NCBI GenBank assembly: GCA_038326995.1 | Contig: JBBQKP010000001.1 | Location: 1-56,576 of the forward strand | Length of the DNA: 56,576 bases | Direction: 5' to 3' | Source: Tepidisphaerales bacterium | GTDB lineage: Bacteria > Planctomycetota > Phycisphaerae > Tepidisphaerales > Tepidisphaeraceae | Shown here: piece by piece, positions 53,301 to 56,576 of the stretch | Layout: each line of letters begins with the position of its first letter | How positions within the stretch are numbered: the first letter of the stretch is position 1 | Program-made: the position numbers and the translations under genes | Notes under the pieces: model-generated | Told to the model about the DNA's origin: nothing | What the model saw: the letters and a program-made list of their open reading frames with translations, nothing else | Database searches by the model: none

Positions 53301-53765
53301 AATGCAGAGTGAGCCAAGAGCGAGACCCTGATGATCGATGAGCGGAGCGCCGACATAGGCGCGGATGTGCGGAAATCCGGTGACAAGTGGATTGTCGTGA
53401 AACCGCTCGTCCAAAGTGGCGTCGGGAACGACGAGAGTCTTCTCGGGCTCGACAATCGCATGCGTACAGAACGAAACGCACCGGGGCGTCTCCGTCACAT
53501 CGAGCCCGAAGCGGGACTTCAAGAATTGCCTATTGCTTTCAACGAGCGAAACCAGCGCGATCGGAACATCAAATATCTGAGCCGCGAGCTGTGTGAGTGC
53601 GTCGAACGTACTCTCGGTCGGCGTGTCGAGCAGCTGAGTGGCGCGGACGGCTTCGAGCCGCTGCGTCTCATTCGCTGCGATGGGATACCAATTCGAGTCG
53701 CCCGGCCGCGCTAGCTGTTTTTCAATTGACATGGAGACGTGCCCCTTTCGCCCGGTTGACTTCAC
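50343..53765 (-). CDS. hybrid sensor histidine kinase/response regulator: GAF, about four PAS domains, HisKA, HATPase, REC
   Basis: GAF (FDVPIALVSLV......CIIDTRPRDF), repeated PAS/PAC blocks, ANMSHELRTPM, GGTGLGLAIS, and REC (LLVEDGPDNQ...DAVLMDMQMPVLDGY). The start is either GTG 53765 or ATG 53732. Confidence 0.93.
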   Translation of the reverse strand: MKSTGRKGHVSMSIEKQLARPGDSNWYPIAANETQRLEAVRATQLLDTPTESTFDALTQLAAQIFDVPIALVSLVESNRQFLKSRFGLDVTETPRCVSFCTHAIVEPEKTLVVPDATLDERFHDNPLVTGFPHIRAYVGAPLIDHQGLALGSLCIIDTRPRDFTPCQIEALGTLSRQVGQLIELKRINRQLQTESTAREESDQRRLTTDLRLTTLLSNIKDHLVLMLDENGIIQSWNPGVRMIFGYEAQEILGKSFAMLFTDGDRNLGYPELELENARRNGETAGTAQRIRKDGTIIWVNYSVRSITDDSGRCIGFSKVSSDASNRVADDRRFEEKRNRLQALTDCSTSAIVELSKDGEIIRANQSAAEILGIVHMEGTMYNAPCWIHETLDGNPIPEEQMPFSIVRQTNQAIRDHVVAIRKPDGSRVVLSIGGAPVLGADGLTLSFIFNAIDITQQTNSLHALKLSEERYAMALLATEDALWDWHIPSGRVTTSERWHTMLGYPGASETSLMLFENLIHVDDRNLLESAIERHFSGESTAFQTELRLRRADGSYAHVRSRGKVSVRDDEGSPVRMVGTNQDISIECVALNALQIAKEQAIGMLSEIASSREHLQLAVDGTGSGFWDWDMGTGDIAINEKWTALLGFNRDDFPSTIESWKRLTDPRDVERVLRQLDEHDRKKTEYFESEFRMKHAGGHDVWICARGRIMVRDESGRALRMAGTSQDVTQRKSIDAKLDAARDAANAANAAKSEFLANMSHELRTPMTAILGFSDLLGEEDCSLENRLEYVNTIRRNAEHLLSIINDILDLSKIEAGKLECESIDTHPVSKVNDIADLLRVRAVSKGIGLTIEEASPLPFNIKTDPTRLRQILMNLIGNAIKFTEVGHVRVRLQFEPIQSIIRFDVIDTGIGMTEEQRQRIFSPFVQADTSTSRRFGGTGLGLAISVRLARLLGGEIKVESTPQDGSTFSLILPVDPDTSTLFEPASNKTPESADTRDNKLSEGKQTTQCIKGMRILLVEDGPDNQKLIGFHLKRVGAHFAIADNGQLGIDAIQNAIAQGKPFDAVLMDMQMPVLDGYAATREIRRQGIDTPVIALTAHAMSGDREKCLAAGCDDYMTKPIQPGQMSQVILSACNSRVVTA

Positions 53766-54018
53766 GTCGGGTGCTTATCTCTTATTTCGGCCGCAATTGG
53801 GGGGTGCTTTATTTTGCTTCAGGGGGCACCTTCATCCTGATGTGATTTGGTCTGGGTGCGAGGAAGTGATCGATCTTGATTTGAGTTATCGGGCTGTTTG
53901 CGATTGAAATCAGTCGCGATTTCAAATAAATCGCGGAAGGGACCGCCCGTTTACAAGACGCGGACGGCTGCTATAACGGATGTCGGCCTACCATTTTGGC
54001 ACCCTCGGAGAACAACCT

Positions 54019-55452
54019 ATGCGAACCTCGACAACTAATACGACGACTGCCCCAATGACCATGACCCAGCAGATCCTCGCAAAACATGCGGGCAAAGCCT
54101 CCGTTGAGGCCGGGGAGACCGTCTGGGTCGACGTCGATGTCCTCATGACCCACGACGTGTGCGGTCCCGCGACCATCGGCATCTTCGAGCAGGAATTCGG
54201 CAAGGACGCAAAGCCCTGGAACAACGATTCCATCGTCATCATCCCCGATCACTATATCTTCACGGCAGACGAAAAATCGCACCGCAACGTCCAAACCTTG
54301 CGAGATTTCGTCAAGAAGCACGGCCTGAAGTACTTCTACGATCCCGAGTTCATCACGCTCAACCCCGGCTTCCCAACGCCCTACAAAGATCCGACCAAGA
54401 CCAGCTACAAGGGCGTGTGCCATAAAGCGCTTCCGGAAGAAGGACACGTGCGTCCGGGCGAGATTCTGCTCGGGACAGATAGTCACACGTGCACGGCCGG
54501 GGCGTTCGGACAATTCGCAACTGGCGTGGGCAACACCGACGCCGCGTTCACGATGGGCACTGGCAAAACCTGGCTCAAAGTGCCCGCGACCATGAAGTTC
54601 GCCTTCCACGGCGAGATTCCGCCGTACCTCACCGCCAAAGACCTGATCCTGGCGGTCATCGGTGAGATCGGCGTCGACGGCGCGACGTACCGCAGCATGT
54701 ACTTCACCGGCGACGGCATCGGATCACTCACCCTCGAAGACCGCATGACCCTGACCAACATGGCCATCGAGGCGGGCGGGAAAAACGGCATCTGCGACGT
54801 CGATGACAAGACCCTGGCCTATGTCCGCGCCCGGTCGAATCGGCCGAACTGGGATATCGTCGAGGAACAGCGTGGCGTGAAATATTTCTCGAGCCACGAA
54901 TGGGATCTTTCCACGATGGAGCCGATGGTCGCCAAACCGCACTCGCCCGACAATAAAGACCTCGCCCGCAATTGCCGCGATGTCAAACTCGATCAGGCGT
55001 ATCTCGGCTCGTGCACGGGCGGGAAAATCACCGACATGATTTTCGCAGCCAACATCCTCAAAGGCAACAAGGTCAAGATCAAAACCTGGGTCGTGCCCGG
55101 TAGCACCGAAGTGCATGCGGACATGAAGCGGCTCAATCTGCGCGGGGCCCTGAGAGAAGGCAATGAAAAGAGCATCGAAGACATTCTCGCTGACGCCGGT
55201 TGCGACATCGCCCCGAGCGGATGCGGAGCGTGTCTGGGCGGACCTCCCGACACGCTGGGCCGGCTCAACAGCCCGATCACCTGCATCAGCAGCACGAACC
55301 GCAACTTTCCGGGCCGAATGGGTGACAAGCGTGCGGGCGTTTATCTCGCCTCGCCGCTTACCGTCGCGGCCAGTGCATTGACGGGCTACGTCACTGACCC
55401 GCGAGATTTTGTGACGTCAAAAATCGAGACGGGCACGGCCGGCGTGGTGTAG
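54019..55452 (+). CDS. leuC: 3-isopropylmalate dehydratase / homoaconitase large subunit (aconitase family)
   Basis: MTQQILAKHAG......GE.VWVDVDVLMTHDV.GP, Fe-S ligand regions GTDSHT, LGSCTGG and GCGACLGG, and NRNFPGRMG. GGAGA lies 8 nt upstream of ATG 54019. Confidence 0.9.
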   Translation: MRTSTTNTTTAPMTMTQQILAKHAGKASVEAGETVWVDVDVLMTHDVCGPATIGIFEQEFGKDAKPWNNDSIVIIPDHYIFTADEKSHRNVQTLRDFVKKHGLKYFYDPEFITLNPGFPTPYKDPTKTSYKGVCHKALPEEGHVRPGEILLGTDSHTCTAGAFGQFATGVGNTDAAFTMGTGKTWLKVPATMKFAFHGEIPPYLTAKDLILAVIGEIGVDGATYRSMYFTGDGIGSLTLEDRMTLTNMAIEAGGKNGICDVDDKTLAYVRARSNRPNWDIVEEQRGVKYFSSHEWDLSTMEPMVAKPHSPDNKDLARNCRDVKLDQAYLGSCTGGKITDMIFAANILKGNKVKIKTWVVPGSTEVHADMKRLNLRGALREGNEKSIEDILADAGCDIAPSGCGACLGGPPDTLGRLNSPITCISSTNRNFPGRMGDKRAGVYLASPLTVAASALTGYVTDPRDFVTSKIETGTAGVV

Positions 55453-55507
55453 GCGGCTCAGCTTGAAGTTGATTTATTGAGCCGCGCATGACGCAAGCGG
55501 TTTTTTC
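55452..55507 (+). terminator. probable terminator region after leuC (hairpin plus T-run)
   Basis: 8-bp stem gcggctca/tgagccgc, followed by the short stem ccgc/gcgg and tttttt (55501-55506). The geometry is imperfect. Confidence 0.4.
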
Positions 55508-55726
55508 TCCGTTTGCAACATATGTTTTTGAAAAACGTCAGAATTCGGTCGTTTAAACCCCTCTTACTGCAAACGCCGCTCTTCCAAATTTTTTTGTGCT
55601 CGCTCCATAGAGCCAAGCCCGATACCGCTACAACGGCGAGTCCGGGATTGTCAGTTTTGCAATGCGGAGGAAGTAGCCGATTGCGGCTTAGCTTTATCAT
55701 TCGACCTGTCGATACACTTAAGACCA

Positions 55727-56576
55727 ATGAGTGAAGTACCTACATCAGCTGTGCCGTCTCAAGCCCCCGTTCCCCGCAAGCGTCGCCGCTGGCCTTATGT
55801 GCTGCTGAGTCTGGTTATCCTCCTCGTGCTGGTAGTTTTGCTTTTGCCCACGATTGTTTCAACCGGCATTGTGCGTTCGCTCATTCTGCCCCGCGCCAGC
55901 AGCGCAGCGCTCGCGCACCCCAACGCGAAGCTCGACATCGCCTCGTGGTCGTTCGGCTGGTTCGGCGGGCAATCGATCAGCGGCATCCGAATCACCGACG
56001 CCGAACAAATCGTCGCGATCGATGCAAGCGTCCGCACAGACCTCTCGCTGCTCTCTGCAATTCGAGGCGACTACGACCTGGGCAATACCGTCATTGATGC
56101 CGACATCGTCAGATTGAAGATCGAGGCCGATGGGTCATCGAACCTCCAGCGGACGTTCGTAACATCTTCCTCCTCGACGCCATCAACGCCGACGGGAAGC
56201 TCTGCGGACATTCCCATCGAACTTCCCAACGTAAAAGGGAGGATCGTGATCAATCTCACGGGCACGATCGAGCCGCCCGCGATCGCGGGAAAGGCAGTCG
56301 CGCCGATCAAAATTGAAAAGGGCAGCACGATCCTGATCGATCTGCTCGACCCGGAAAAAGACATCGGCCTCGAAGGCAAACTTGTCTACCAGACCCAAGG
56401 CAAAATCAGCACCGTCGATTTCAAAGCCCACGCCGATGCCGTTGATAAGGGCATCATTAAAACCGACCCGACCAAGCTCTCGGCCCGCGCCGATGTCACC
56501 CTCAGCAGCATTGATTTGTCGGTGCTGAATGCCGTGCTCGCGCCGCTCGGCATTCCGGTCAATCGAATCGAAGGCG
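55727..56576 (+). CDS. AsmA/TamB-like large membrane-anchored protein, 3' end outside window
   Basis: The frame is open from ATG 55727 to the window edge and is not in the supplied ORF track because there is no stop. It reads MSEVPTSAVPSQAPVPRKRRRWPYVLLSLVILLVLVVLLLPTIVSTGIVRSLI... (signal anchor), followed by beta-rich repeats like those of AsmA-family N-termini. Confidence 0.6.
   Translation, partial: MSEVPTSAVPSQAPVPRKRRRWPYVLLSLVILLVLVVLLLPTIVSTGIVRSLILPRASSAALAHPNAKLDIASWSFGWFGGQSISGIRITDAEQIVAIDASVRTDLSLLSAIRGDYDLGNTVIDADIVRLKIEADGSSNLQRTFVTSSSSTPSTPTGSSADIPIELPNVKGRIVINLTGTIEPPAIAGKAVAPIKIEKGSTILIDLLDPEKDIGLEGKLVYQTQGKISTVDFKAHADAVDKGIIKTDPTKLSARADVTLSSIDLSVLNAVLAPLGIPVNRIEG

Overview
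High-GC (about 60% by hand sampling) bacterial chromosomal window, very likely Planctomycetota. Supporting hints are a DUF1559-type prepilin-like protein, an LENRQLFA-type N-terminal motif on a secreted glycosidase, a 734-aa RpoD, and a PTS-Ntr relay without permeases. Most of it is housekeeping. It holds rpoB (5' end cut by the window edge) and rpoC, a peptide ABC importer (SBP plus 2 permeases), Rex, and a multidomain GH16 glucanase. It also holds a GAF/sigma-54 activator, argC, a Pat-like ACS(ADP-forming)/GNAT protein, glycerate kinase, hpf-ptsN-HPr-EI and RNase E/G. Further on are an MhqO/MhqD-like dioxygenase/hydrolase pair, a clan GH-A-like hydrolase, rpoD, a GT2 / BshC-like / glutathione-peroxidase operon, a rhomboid protease, two tandem hybrid histidine kinases, leuC and the 5' part of an AsmA/TamB-like gene. 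I found no rRNA, tRNA or CRISPR array by eye. Four things deserve a second look. (1) An AT-richer ~0.67 kb insertion sits between rpoB and rpoC and carries two overlapping small ORFs (one basic, one with an acidic core) of unknown function, apparently co-transcribed with the RNA polymerase core genes. (2) A tightly packed GT2 / 542-aa BshC-like / membrane-anchored glutathione peroxidase operon could be an undescribed low-molecular-weight-thiol module. (3) An orphan KAS II-like protein has the catalytic Cys and the second catalytic His substituted. (4) Two decayed relics are present: an IS256-like transposase ORF after the rpoC terminator, and a GT14 glycosyltransferase pseudogene in a low-GC patch. 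All functional calls rest on motif recognition from memory; no searches were run.
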